A DNA stretch of 36,566 nucleotides from Fonticula alba ATCC 38817. Lineage: Eukaryota; Protista; Nucleariida. Numbering within the stretch: position 1 is the stretch's first letter; each line of letters opens with the position of its first letter. The stretch lies in assembly GCA_000388065.2 (NCBI GenBank), contig KB932205.1, one strand, 5' to 3'. The position numbers were made by a program, and so were the translations under genes. Below, in pieces: positions 12,601 through 23,937 of the stretch. The notes below the pieces were generated by a model, which saw only the letters and a list, made by a program, of their open reading frames with translations, was not told the DNA's origin and did no database searches.

Positions 12601-14735
12601 GAGAGGAAGGGAGAGGAGGAGAGCGCGGGAAGGGGAGACGGAGAGTCACGCACCAGCAGCCTTGCGGTAGGCTCCAGCCGTCAGCTCCGACAGGGCGGCC
12701 GCCTTCAGGATGGAGCTGGCCGCCAGGGCAATGCCACCGAGGCCCAGGCGCTCGGCAGGCTCCTCGACCCAGGCCGCACCGATGCCGGCAGCCAGGGCCA
12801 CCGCACGAAGCACCGACGCGGCCACATTGCTCCGGGCCACCAGGCGGCGGAGGCGCGGCACGGCCAGGAGAATGGTCATGAAGCTGCCGACGATGGCCGC
12901 CTCATGCCCGGACATGCCCATGTTGAAGAGGGGGAAGAACCAAATCATGGTAAGCAGGCTGGTGGCATAGGTCCAGTGCAGGGCCGACTGCACGCAGTCC
13001 GACAGGAAGGCCAGCCCGGCACCGAGGGCGCCAGCCGGCCGACCGTGAGTCGCGATGACCGCCGGCACGGCCTGGCCAACCATCGAGCCGGCCGGCTGGT
13101 GGACACCGCCGGCCTTGGCGCTGGCCTTGGCAGCGGCCTCGGCCGCCTGGGCCGCCGCCACCGCGGCATTGGCCGCCGCCAGGACCGCCTCATTGTTGGG
13201 CACGTCGGCCGCATGGGCCCCACTGCCGACGGCCACCAGGCTGAAGCGGTCGGTAAAGGTAAGCCGGACCCCGGTCAGGTGGTAATTGGCCAGATGGTCG
13301 CCCAGCACGTCGATCAGAATGAGCGACCACTCGGCCACGGCATAGCGCGAGTAGGCCCCGCCCACCCGGTGGACCTTGTGCTGGATGTAGAAGTGGGCCC
13401 CGACGCCGACGGCCGTCAGGAAGAGGACCGGCACCGCGGCGCGCAGGACCAAATGAAGCCGAGAGCGGTTGGGATCCTGGCGATGTGCCCGGTCAGGCGG
13501 CCGGGCAATGTTGTCAGTCCTGGAGCAGGCGCGATGGGTGCATCAAGGGCCGGTGGCCGTCATGGCATGAGTCCCTGAGGGGCGGGGGTGGGGGGGGGGG
13601 GTTGCTGACGCGAACGAGGTTCAGGATATGGAAGGTGATGCTGGACAGCAGGTAGACGGCCATGGCCAGCTCGTGCGGGAAGGAGGAGTCCGAGCTGGTG
13701 ACGTAGGTCCACCCGCCGGCGCTCAGCGCCCGAGTGAAGGCCAGCAGCAAGATCACCAAGCGGAGGAAGCCCGGCGGACTGGGAGCGACAGCGGGAGAGG
13801 GAGGGGTGGGGAGGGGGGGGGGGGGACAAGTTGGCTGGCTGTCAGCACTCCGGCGGGCGCCGCAGGAGGAGGAGTCCGTCGCTGTCGTCGTGGATGACGC
13901 ACCTGGCCGAGTAGTCGGCCAGCATCATGGCAAAGCGCGGGAAGGCCGCGGTAGCCATCAAATACTGGAAGACCGACCGCTGGGGATAGTAGTCCCCGAT
14001 GGTGGCCGAAATGGAGGGGAACCATTCCTGCAGGTGGGCGAGAGAGAGAAAGGGAGAGAGGGAGTCAGACGCAGAGCGCAAGGGAGGAAGGGTCAGAGGG
14101 GAGGGCGCCTTGGTGCTGCGAGGAGGCTTGCACGCGGGGCCCCGCTTGCCAGGGGAGCAACATACCACGGGGTAGCGGTGCCACCGGTTGCGGACGATCT
14201 TGTAGTAGTCATACTTGACACCGAGGGCGAGGGCCAGGCCAAAGGCAGCTGCATGTACAGGGAAGGGCGAGGGGGGCGGGGGGAGGAGCGACAGCCACAG
14301 CCGAGGCAAGGGCAGGCAGCGGGGCCACAGGAGGGTCAGAGGGCAACGGGAGACGCCGAGAGGCAAGGTGCCAAATGGCGGGACGAGTGGACGAACAGAA
14401 AACCAGGATGGTGTGCATCCAAACCGCAACCCGAGCCTGAATGAATGGCCCTCGGGGGGGAAGTGGCGTGGTCGAGAGGGACGCCTTGCCAGTGGGGTCG
14501 TCCTGGGCGCTGGAGGTGCGGGCGGGAGGGTGTTCGGCGGCGCCAGCCCGACGCCGGGTGCTGGCAGACGCCCCGCCGACAGTCGACGATCGACCCTTGT
14601 CCTGGGGGGGGGGGGGGGAGGCATATGCCGAGATTGTTAGCACGCAGGGCGGTGCAACGGGCCAGGGCACTGCGAGGGGCGAGCCGGAGAACGAACCATT
14701 TCGCTCGACGGCCCCTTCTGCAGGGACACGGTCAT
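9640..14735 (-). CDS. CWH43: CWH43 / PGAP2-interacting protein with an N-terminal Frag1/DRAM/Sfk1 domain and a C-terminal endonuclease/exonuclease/phosphatase-like domain (GPI lipid remodelling), about 1227 aa
   Basis: Motifs matching the fungal Cwh43 pattern: [153 protein letters not shown]. Nine phase-consistent exons: 14735-14697, 14601-14397, 14248-14166, 14027-13903, 13778-13616, 13476-12654, 12456-12186, 11889-10320, 10044-9640. Exon 1 and the exon-5 donor are the least certain parts. Confidence 0.92.
10242..10290 (+). repeat. Compound (CAG)n(CGG)n trinucleotide repeat in the last CWH43 intron
   Basis: Read directly; lies within intron 10045-10319. Confidence 0.85.
11929..12093 (+). 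repeat. G-rich compound minisatellite (GGCCGGGGGAA / GTCCGGGGGAA / GGCAGGGAAAA units) in CWH43 intron 7
   Basis: Tandem 11-12 nt related units read directly within intron 11890-12185. Confidence 0.9.
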
Positions 14736-15971
14736 GCTTTCCGGACGGAGGGGAGGGGGGGGAAGTGGTGTGGTGTGTGTATGTTTGGCGAGGAGAAGGC
14801 GACGGGGGTATTTTTCTCGCTCGCGCTCTCTCGCTCTCTCTCTGTCTCTCTGTGTACGTGTGTGTACCGGTGTGATCCACGGCGGGTGCACAGATGGCCA
14901 GGGAGGCGCACAGGGGGGGGGGGGAGGCAAATGGGAGGAAGGAGGGAGAAGGCGGGGGGTGGGATATTTCACGGGCTATGCGCCTTGCTCGGGGCTGGCA
15001 GAAAAGAGGGCCCACATACCTCGCTTTGGGGGGGGGGGGGGGGGGGCCAAAGGAAAAGGGCCTTCCCAAGACGGCCCTCTGCCGCTTTCCCTCTTGGTAC
15101 CCGATGGCATGTCGGCCCTGGGAGCCAACCCCCCTGGCCTGGCCTTCCTCGATCGCGTCGGGGGTGGAGCGCGCAGGCGCCCAGCCGGTTGGGCAACCAC
15201 AGTCCCTCACGTCTCGGCCTGTTGTCGGGGGGGGGGAGGGGGGGGGGGGGGGGGGCAAATTTATAGACGCCACAAGAAGCCCGGGCAGAGCGCTGGCTGG
15301 CAGGATTCCCACGCTGGACAGATTCACCCGCCGAAACATATGGCCCTTCAGATGCCTCCCTCGCCGGGAGGAATCACACCGATTAATATGCGGCCTGTGG
15401 GAAGAGGAGGGGCCGGGCGCGCGCAGATGTGTGAACATGGCAGTGCCGTGGCGGGCTGGGCGATCGGTCCCGCCGTCCCTCCCGACGATGGGCCCTGACA
15501 GGTTTGTCGCTGGGGCTCTGATCGCCGGGCCCATCCGGCCGGGTCGGCCGGGCCCCCCTGCGCTTCCTCCGAACCAGCGTCGTGTGTCCCCATCGGCCCT
15601 CGCGCCGAGAGAGCGGCCGGGGCAACCTTTTCACGCGCGCGATCCGGTGGCACTTGGAATCCGCCGCGGCTGTGGGCTCTTTTTCGGGGTCCATGCCCAG
15701 CGGTACTTAGACGTGCCGCGGACACCCCTCCTCCTTCCCCTCCTCCTTCTCTTCACCCTCTCTCTCTCTCTCTCTCTCCCCCCTCCTGCCGAGTCACTTG
15801 CGCCTGCTCCTCCCCTTCCGGCCCCATCCAGGTGCACATCCCGCCATTCCATTCTCTTCCGGAGCCGCCGCACCCACCGTCACACATACACTGCCTGGAG
15901 AGGGGGCCATCAGGCGTGCCCCGGGCCAGCCAGCCAGCCAGCCAGCCAGCAGGCCACCCAAAGACAGGGCC

Positions 15972-17451
15972 ATGTTCACATCGGTCGAGCGCGTCCGCCG
16001 ACGAACCGGCCGGAAGTCCCTCTCGCGCTCGGACTATCTGTTTGGCTGCTTGGTGACCCTGCGCGATCGCCAAACCGACGACGGTGCGGTTTCCGGTGGG
16101 GGCATGCCATGAAGCCAGGGCCCGAAAAGGGCGCCTCCCACCCACCTGGCCGTCGCTGACAATCCCCCCCCCCCTCTCGTTCATTTTTTCTTCCCCCCTG
16201 CCACAGCCCACCGGCTCGAGGTCCTCGCACACCTGGGCAACTTCGCCTATGACCCCTTCAACCACCGGTTCCTGCAGCCGCATGGCTTCTCCTCGCTGTT
16301 GATGGGTACGTCCAGGAGCCGGCCTCGCCTGCCACCGGTCCCGCCTCTTCGCGCCGATTTTCACGCCCGCACCCTTCGCCCCGCCTTGGATGGCTGACAG
16401 CAGCCGATGCACGACCATCCCTCCCCCCCCCCCCGCCCCCCCCTCGGCCTGGTGGCTCACAGCGACAATCGCCGATCCACGGTCCGGCCGGGAGGTACCC
16501 CTCCGATGCCCCTGCCCGGCAGCCGTTCGACAGCTCCTGCACCATGCGACCGCCGGATTGGTGAACATTCTGCCTGGCATCAACGTTGGCCCTCCCGGCC
16601 GGGACGGCTCGGCGGGCCTCCTGCAGGACGCCTTCAGTGCGCTGCTGGCCGCCTGCCGCGCCGGAGCCGGGGCCTGCGCCCCGACGCCCGGAGCCCCCTC
16701 GGCCTTTTTCTTCGACGGCGTGTCGCTCATTTGGCTGGCCTGCCCCCATGGGTCCCCTGGGGTGCCCCCTTGCGCCGTGTGCCGGGACATGCTGCTGCAG
16801 GTGACCCAGTCCGCGGGCGAGTGTTGCGCGGTTGCCACCAACGCCGGGTGCTTGGGCGACCGGCTTCGCAGCGCCCCTCCGGACGGCGGGCCTGCCATGG
16901 AATGGGCCTGCCTCGACTTGCGCCTGGCCGCCCTGGCCTTGGCCCTGCTTGAAACCCTGGCTGCCGGGCCTCGATCTCGGGAATCCGCCGCCCTGTGTGC
17001 GTCCGCCGCTTGGCGATCCTCCCCTGCACCCCCCCTGGCACGCCGGCCGCCTGCCCCTCTGACATGTCTCCCCTGGCTGGCCTGCCTGTGCCTCGCCATC
17101 TGCCAATCTCTGCTGGCCTGCCTCTCCGGGGCTCCAGTGGCAGAGCTCGGTGCCGGCATCGACATGGTCGACGCCTGGCTGCCTGGGCTGGAGGCGGTGC
17201 AACGCGCGGCGGCTCTACACGCGGCGGATGCTGTCCGCCATGCGCAATCGCTCCAGCACCCGGCGGCGGCCCTGCTTCGGGAGCATGCGCCCACCGGCCG
17301 GCCGGCCGTTCTGCGGCCACTTCATCAAGCCGCCAGCCTGGCGGCCCAGCTGGACTGCGCTCGCCAGAGTGCCCGTCTCGCGGCCGGTGCTCCGCCCCCG
17401 CGGCGGGACGACGGCCAGATACCCAGCGAGCCGGGTGGCGAAACTGGGTGA
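15972..17451 (+). CDS. ARMC7: Armadillo-repeat protein 7 (ARMC7)-like, about 399 aa
   Basis: Spliced sequence MFTSVERVRRRTGRKSLSRSDYLFGCLVTLRDRQTDDAHRLEVLAHLGNFAYDPFNHRFL...LLHHATAGLVNI. This matches the ARMC7 N-terminal signature (R..YL..LV.EF....EQVLANLANFAYDP.NY..L...AIGGLCNL). Exons 15972-16083, 16207-16305, 16463-17451. The 3' end is uncertain because a possible donor (GTGAAT) at 17448 overlaps the stop codon. Confidence 0.75.
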
Positions 17452-17579
17452 ATGGCCCCCGGCGTCCGTTGGCACATGGCTCATGCCGATCGCCCCCGCC
17501 GCCCGTCCCACCCGCGTGCACTTTGGCGATCTTGTTAGCTCGCGCCTCCGGCCGGTGGGTGTGGCGCCGCGGCTCGCCC

Positions 17580-17647
17580 NNNNNNNNNNNNNNNNNNNNN
17601 NNNNNNNNNNNNNNNNNNNNNNNNNNNNNNNNNNNNNNNNNNNNNNN
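17580..17647. other. Assembly gap (N run)
   Basis: N bases between ARMC7 and the orphan ORF. Confidence 1.
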
Positions 17648-17799
17648 CCCCCCCCACTCCTCTCCCCCACTCTGGGCTTCGGCCCCCTTTTGACCATTGC
17701 TCTGGTTGCCTGGCCGATTTTGCCTCTTTCCCATCCACCCTGCTCCACCTTGCGCCTGGGGGGAACGCGGGGGCATCTGCCCGGCCGCCTGCGCGGCTC

Positions 17800-18247
17800 A
17801 TGATCCCGCCCAAATCCTTCTCCCCCTTTCGCCACAATCCCCTGCTGGCCCCCCTCCAGGCGGCCGGTGGCACTGCCCCCCCCGGCATGCCCCTGGCAGG
17901 GGCCGATAGCGACACCGACACACAGCCCATTGGGGAGGAAATCGATCGGCGGATGTCTCCGCCCCCGGGCCCGGGCGGCGGCTCCCTGCCGCGCGGGGAT
18001 TCCGGGCTGTCGACGGCCGAGCTGCTGGAGATTGAGCAGCTTTTCTCGAGCTTCGACTCCGACGAGGCGTGCATCTCCCTGGTCGGTAACGGGCCACCCG
18101 GCATGCCCCCGGCCAGTGTGCCTCTGCCGGCGCTCGGGACCGACCGGCCCCACTCCCCGCTACCGATGTCCCGGCCGCCGCTCCCGCCGCCACCACTGCC
18201 ACCATCGTCATCATCGACATCGGCAACGACATCGACATCGTCGTCGC

Positions 18248-18284
<37 letters not shown>

Positions 18285-19656
18285 GTCGCTGCCGCCGCTT
18301 CCTCCGGCGACGGTTCCCTCGCCACTGGTGCAATCATGCCCCCCGGAGCCGCACATTCCCTTTTACCTGGCCATGATCTCCTCGTCGTCGGTGACCCCGG
18401 CTCTGTGGGCCTCGGCCGCTGCCGGGCCCGAGGATATCCCCACCGCGCCGATGCATGCCGCGCCTCCCGGGAGGGCTGCCTCCCCGAATGTTTGCGCCGG
18501 GACCGTTGTCAATGTGGCCCTTCCGCCCCCGTCACCGATCCACCTCTCGCCGATGCTTGCCGGTCTGTCTCGTCCCCCGAGTGCCGGGTATGAGCTCCCC
18601 ACCTCGCTGTCGGTCAGTCCATTGGCCATGGGTCCCGCGCCGCCAGTGTCAACATCGGCCCCGGCCCCGGCCCCGGCGCCCTCGGCCGTGACAGCATCGC
18701 CGCTTGTGCAGCCGGGCTCCATGCCGCGCGCCGCCCCCCTGCCACCGACGCCAATGTCGATGTCCTCGCCGCTGCTGGCTTCCTCCGCATCGAATGCATC
18801 GTCACCGGGCCCGGCGGCACTGGCCTCGGCGCCGCCACCAACGGCCCTCGTGCCCCCGGCTGCCGAGCCGTCGGCCGATCCGCCTTCTTCCCATGCCGCG
18901 GCGATAGACTCTCCCCTCAACTCCCCGGCATCGGATCCTGCTCCTGCCATGGGCAGCACCGATGCAGCGTCGTCGAAGGCTCGTCCAAGAGTCCCCCCGG
19001 CGCGAAGGCGGCGCCAGCGGAGCCGGATTGCCAAGAAAGCCTTTCTTCAGATGCAGCAGGCCGCGCTGGCACCGCTGTCAACGACATCAGCCATGTCAGG
19101 GGCCCATGCGGTCCCGGCGATCGCCACCGCGACCGCCGCCGCTGCCGGCATCACCACCAGCGCAGGCGCCAGCAGCAGCGCCGCCACCAACAGCCACAAT
19201 GGCAGCACCGCCCTCGGCATTGCCGCCGCCGGTGCCAGTGCCGGTGCCCTGCCCGGCGCCGCTGCCATCGACACCGACATGACAGCCACTTCCGAGACAT
19301 GCCCACAGCTTCGGGAACCACCGCGCACACGCGCCTCCCCTGTGGCCACTTCGTGCTCTCCGCTGGCTGCGAATCCTCCCCCCACGTGCGACGTCTGCCG
19401 CGAGGCATTGGTGCCCGCCCATGCGCGCAGAGACTCCCAGCGGCGGGTCTTAGAGCGGGTGTGCCGGCTGCTGCGCGCGACGGCGCACAACCTGCGGACT
19501 TCACGCACTCCGGGTCAGTACCTAGATAGTCAGATTGCCCAGATCCTGGGGCTGCGCAGCCAGCTGCGGGACCCACCCGACACCGGCCCAGAACAGCCAT
19601 GCCACGGAGCTGGCGGCCCCTCATTTCCTGCCTCCTCTGCACACCCCCATAGATGA
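17800..19656 (+). CDS. Pro/Ser/Ala-rich hypothetical protein (orphan) of about 590-618 aa, with a basic patch and a short CxxC/helical C-terminal region
   Basis: Uninterrupted 618-codon ORF with a protein-like amino-acid pattern. Candidate starts are ATG 17800, ATG 17887, or a splice acceptor (polypyrimidine + CAG) at 17859. No recognisable domain. Confidence 0.6.
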
Positions 19657-19673
19657 TGGCCCCTGGGAATGGA

Positions 19674-19745
19674 TGTTGTTGTTGTTGTTGGTTGTTGTTG
19701 TTGTTGTTGTTGGTTGCTGGTTGTTGGTTGTTGGTTGTTGGTTGT
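19674..19745 (+). repeat. (GTT)n / TTGG simple repeat downstream of the orphan ORF
   Basis: Read directly. Confidence 0.85.
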
Positions 19746-19998
19746 TTCCCTCCCCCCCCCCCCACATCCAACGGTTGATGCGTCGGTCTTTCAAATGTAT
19801 TTTCTCTTGGGCTGTCGGCGTCGCGACTCGTTTTGCCCCTCCCCCGGGCCGGGGTTCGGGCGAGGGGGGAAGATGCACGCCCAATAGATACACACCCAAT
19901 AGATGCACCCGACATACACATACACGTGCCATGCTCGGCTTCCTTGGCATGCGCACCTGGGACCTCGCGCTATCGCACATTCGATGCAAGGTGCGCGT

Positions 19999-19999
<1 letters not shown>

Positions 20000-20041
<42 letters not shown>

Positions 20042-20050
20042 TACATACAC
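20000..20050 (+). repeat. (CA)n/(CATA)n microsatellite between converging 3' ends
   Basis: Read directly. Confidence 0.9.
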
Positions 20051-20142
20051 ACAAACAGACGCTGTGACAGCCGTGTCTCCTCCCGCCCACTGGGGGCGGA
20101 TGTGCCGGCTGAGTGCTGCCGAAGGGGCGGCCGCCCCGGCCC

Positions 20143-21808
20143 TCAGTCGATATGTTGCATCAGCATGACGCGCTCCTCGGAGAACGATTCAATGGCCCGG
20201 CGTGGGCCTTCGCGGCCGATGCCGGAATCCTGTGTCCAGGGCGCACGCCCGCATGTCAGTATCCGGGTGCCGCGCGGCTCGGCTCGGCTCGGCCCAAACC
20301 GACCGGGCAGTCCCAGGTGTGCGGCTGGGAGAAAGCACAAGGAAGTGGTGGCGCCAAGGGCAAGCATACCTTCAGACCGCCATAGGGCTGTGCATCGGCC
20401 CGGGTGTTGGACACATTGTTGACCACAAGGCCGCCCACATGCAGCACGCGGAAGGCCTTCTCAATCTGGCATAGTTCNNNNNNNNNNNNNNNNNNNNNNN
20501 NNNNNNNNNNNNNNNNNNNNNNNNNNNNNNNNNNNNNNNNNNNNNNNNNNNNGTGTTAGCAAAGACCCGCACGGAGCCCAGAACCCTGGCGGGGGGGAGA
20601 TGTTCCCGAGTTGCCCGGACAGGCATACTCGCACGCACTCGAGCCACGTCGCGACAGAAGAGCCCGGCCTGCAGGCCAAACTGGCTGTCATTCACCTGGG
20701 CCAGCACCGCGTCGAAATCGTCGAAGGCCTGGAGCAGGACCACCGGCCCGAAGACCTCCAGCTGGGCGAGGCCCGCACTGGCGTCCACCCCCTCGAGCAG
20801 GGTGGCCGGGTAGAGGACCGCCGGACCGCCGCACGGGTCGGGGATCGTGTCGCAGCGGCTTCCGGCCGTGCCGGGCGCACAGCCGGCCCCGCCGGGGGTG
20901 GCTTGCTCATCCAGCTGCTCGTCGGTGCCCGGCCACACGCCGCCGGCCAGCAGCTTGCCGCCGTGGTTGTCGATGGCATCGCGCACGCGCTGGTGAATGC
21001 GCCGCGCCGCGTCGAGCGACACCACCGGGCCGATGTCGGTTGCCGGGTCGAAGGGGCAGCCGGAGCGCACGCGGGAAAAGCGCTCCACCAGCGCCTGGCG
21101 AAGGGCATCATAGTGCTCCCGGTGGACGAAGAGCCGCTGGACGCTGATGCACGACTGGCCGGATTGGCCGAGCCCGCCGGCCGTGATGCGCGCCGCCAGG
21201 CGATCGATGTCCCCGGCGCCCTCGGGCCCCGGGCGGACGGCCGACTGGTCGACAATGGTGGCCGCATTGCCGCCCAGCTCCAGCACCAGGTGCAGGGTCG
21301 GATGGGCCACCTGGCGCAGGGCCAAGCCCACCGCCGGCGACCCGGTGAAGGAGGCCACACTGACGCGCCCGTCGGCCAGCAGCTCCCCCACGAGGGACGA
21401 CTGGCAGGGGGCAATGCCCCAGCAGCCGGCCGGCAAGTGCCGTGCCAGGATCTCCCCCAGGAGCATGCTGCTGACGGGCGTCCGCGCGGCCGGCTTCAGC
21501 AGGAACCCCGTGCCGGCCGCGATGGCCGGGCCGATCTTGTGCATGACCAAATTCAGGGGGAAGTTGAAGGGCGTCACCAGCAGGGCCAGCGGCAGGGGGA
21601 AGCGCTGTGTCCGGTAGGACAAGCCCTCGGCCCGGGGCGACTCATCGAGGTGGCCTTTTTTTTCACACGGACATGCAGACACGCATGGACACACGCATGA
21701 AAGCACATGAACGCACATGGACGCGCAGGGACGCACATGGGCACGCATGGAAGCAGATGGACACGCAGGGAAGCAGATGGACACGCATGGATAAGCATGG
21801 AAAGACAT

Positions 21809-21861
<53 letters not shown>

Positions 21862-22802
21862 GGCCCATGCACACACGCCAGCCCCAGGAGCGAGGTGTGA
21901 GTGCCAAGAATGCAGAGCAGGAAAAACACCGGATGTTCGGCAGGCACGCACGCCACTCGCCACCCATGGCGGTCACCACTTCGGCGGACTGCTCAAGCAC
22001 ATCGATCGAGCGCATGACCTCGGTGATGCTGTCGCGCCAGGGCTTCCCATTCTCCAGGGAGATGGCCGTCGCGAAGCGCCGCCAGTCGGCCCGCACGTCG
22101 GCCGCAATACGAAGCAGGATCCCCCGGCGCTGCCAAGCGGGCAGGGCGCCCAGGGTCTTGGGCGAATTCTCGTGGATCACAGCCACCGCGTCCAGCATTT
22201 GCTCACGGCTGGCCTGCGGCACCCAGGCGAAGGGCTATGCGCGTCGACCGGTCAGCCAATCCGCCAGGGGGATGAGGAGATCCCTCTGGGGGGGGGGGGG
22301 GGGGGCGTGTGTGTGTGTGGGTGCCTGTGCATGCGTGCATGCGCAAAGGGCAGGGGGCGGGCGGTGCGGGAGCATGGCCGGGCAAGTGTCCACGCACCTC
22401 GCCCGTGAACTTGTCAAGAACCGGAAGACGCCCACCATCGCCCTCGGTGCAGGGCCCGGCGCCGGGTAGCCACATAGGCAGCTGCTGGCCTCCGAGCAGG
22501 GCTAGCGCCTGCTCGCGCGTCATGTAGGCCGCCTCGCCCGGGGGGCAAATGTAGTCGCCGCCTTCCAGCTCGGCCCGGCGCGTGGCATCCAGCAGAGCCG
22601 GCACCACGGCCCGGGCAGGGCCTGGCGGCCCGCCCGCCGAGGGGAGGAAGGCCGCCGGCGCCGAGAGCCCAGCCGGCGGCAGGCCAGACGGCGGGAGCGG
22701 CGGACCGGACCAAGTCCGCCCGGAGGAAAACCCAGCCCGACCCGGGGCGACAGTAGCGGCATGGCGCATGACGGCGGCGGAGACTGGCCGGAGCCGGAAC
22801 AT
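20143..22802 (-). CDS. Aldehyde dehydrogenase, ALDH21-like (putative NADP+-dependent succinic semialdehyde dehydrogenase), about 628 aa, with an N-terminal extension resembling a mitochondrial presequence
   Basis: ALDH motifs ENGKP, TPFNFPLNLVMHKIGPAIAAG, LKPAARTP, SFTGS, LELGGNA (general-base Glu), GQSCISVQR (catalytic Cys), EVFGPV, FGLQAG, QPYGGLKDSGIGREG. Five phase-consistent exons: 22802-22398, 22234-21952, 21654-20639, 20465-20370, 20229-20143. Intron 3 spans an N-gap, but its junction (RDVAR|IEKAF) aligns without a gap. Confidence 0.92.
20478..20552. other. Assembly gap (N run) inside ALDH intron 3
   Basis: N bases. Confidence 1.
21681..21859 (+). repeat. Degenerate 10/20-bp repeat (ACACGCATGG / AAGCAGATGG-like) plus (AC)n in ALDH intron 2
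   Basis: Read directly; (AC)n at 21811-21859. Confidence 0.8.
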
Positions 22803-23893
22803 GGTCAATCCACGGCGTGAGGCGAGCGGGGGCAAGGAGCACAAGTAAAGAGGGAAGGGGAGAGGCGAAGGGGGGGGGGGAGGGGGAGCGAGGCGGCGAA
22901 CGAGGGCGGAAGGGCGGCAATGTATTGGCCCAGGGGCGACATCCTGTCGCGCGCCCCTCAGGCATGAATGAGCACAGGCCGATGGCCGGGCGGCGGCGTA
23001 CTCAGAGAGACGCCGATGAGGGCCAGAGGAGGAGGGAGGTCTGGACGCTGGAAGCCTGTTCAGTTGGTCCGGCGGATGTGGTGAGGGCTGCCAGGGGGGC
23101 TGGAAAGCAAGCAAAGGACAGTCACAACGGAACACAGTCGGGATCGGCTGCCTGGGCCAGCGTAGATGCGATCGAAGAATTGCGTGCCAACGGGCCAGCA
23201 AGGGGGAGGTGCCAATGGGATTCGGCGCGCCATGCCCCGACCTAAAGGGTGCCCTAAGGGCTGACAAACGCCCCATCCGCACGTGCATGTCAGGTGGCCC
23301 ACTTTGGCTCCCGCGCCAACGTCGGCGGCCCGACCGCCCTCGATAGCCAGCGGGAGACGGTCGCCGGGCGCACCGGGACGGCGGCGGCGGCGGCGGCGGC
23401 GGGGGGAGAGGGACGGAACTTGCAACCCAGCGCAAGCCACCCAAAGATCGACCCAAAAGCGGGCGCCCCCCCCCCCCCCCCCCACCCCGCCCGGAGCGTC
23501 ACCCCCCGCCCCCAAAGGGCCCAACACAAACAGGGGCCCCGGCCAGCGGGCGCGCTGCGCCGGGGGAAACCCGTCTGTCATCGCTCGCGGCGCTGTTCTC
23601 GGCGGTTGACCGCTGGGTGGCCGGGCCACGGCGACGGTGGTGGTGGTGGCAGCCGCGGCGGCCCCCGGGTGACGCGGCCTTCCGGCGCACAGCCCCCCTT
23701 CGTACGTATCCCCCCCCGCCCCCCCTCCCCCATGGGGGAGGGCGCCGCAGATATCCCTTTTGCGAGCCTATGATGGACCCCACGCCCCGCACATTCGATC
23801 GGGCCCATCGTCAGTTCCCCGGGGAGCACACGCCCCCCCTGCGCCGGCGGGGCCTCTGGCCCCGCCACGGGTGTCCCGAGGTGATCTCATACC

Positions 23894-23937
<44 letters not shown>

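Noticed and set aside
14602-14624. Apparent frameshift in the poly-G run after an ATG at 14624, suggesting a CWH43 pseudogene or sequencing error
   Set aside because: A short first exon (14735-14697) and an intron ending at this poly-C/CAG acceptor resolve it and give an intact frame.
19003-19047. bZIP-like basic region RRRRQRSRIAKKAFL
   Set aside because: The invariant Asn and Arg of N-x7-R are replaced by Ser and Leu, and no leucine zipper follows (a Pro comes within a few residues). It is more likely an NLS.
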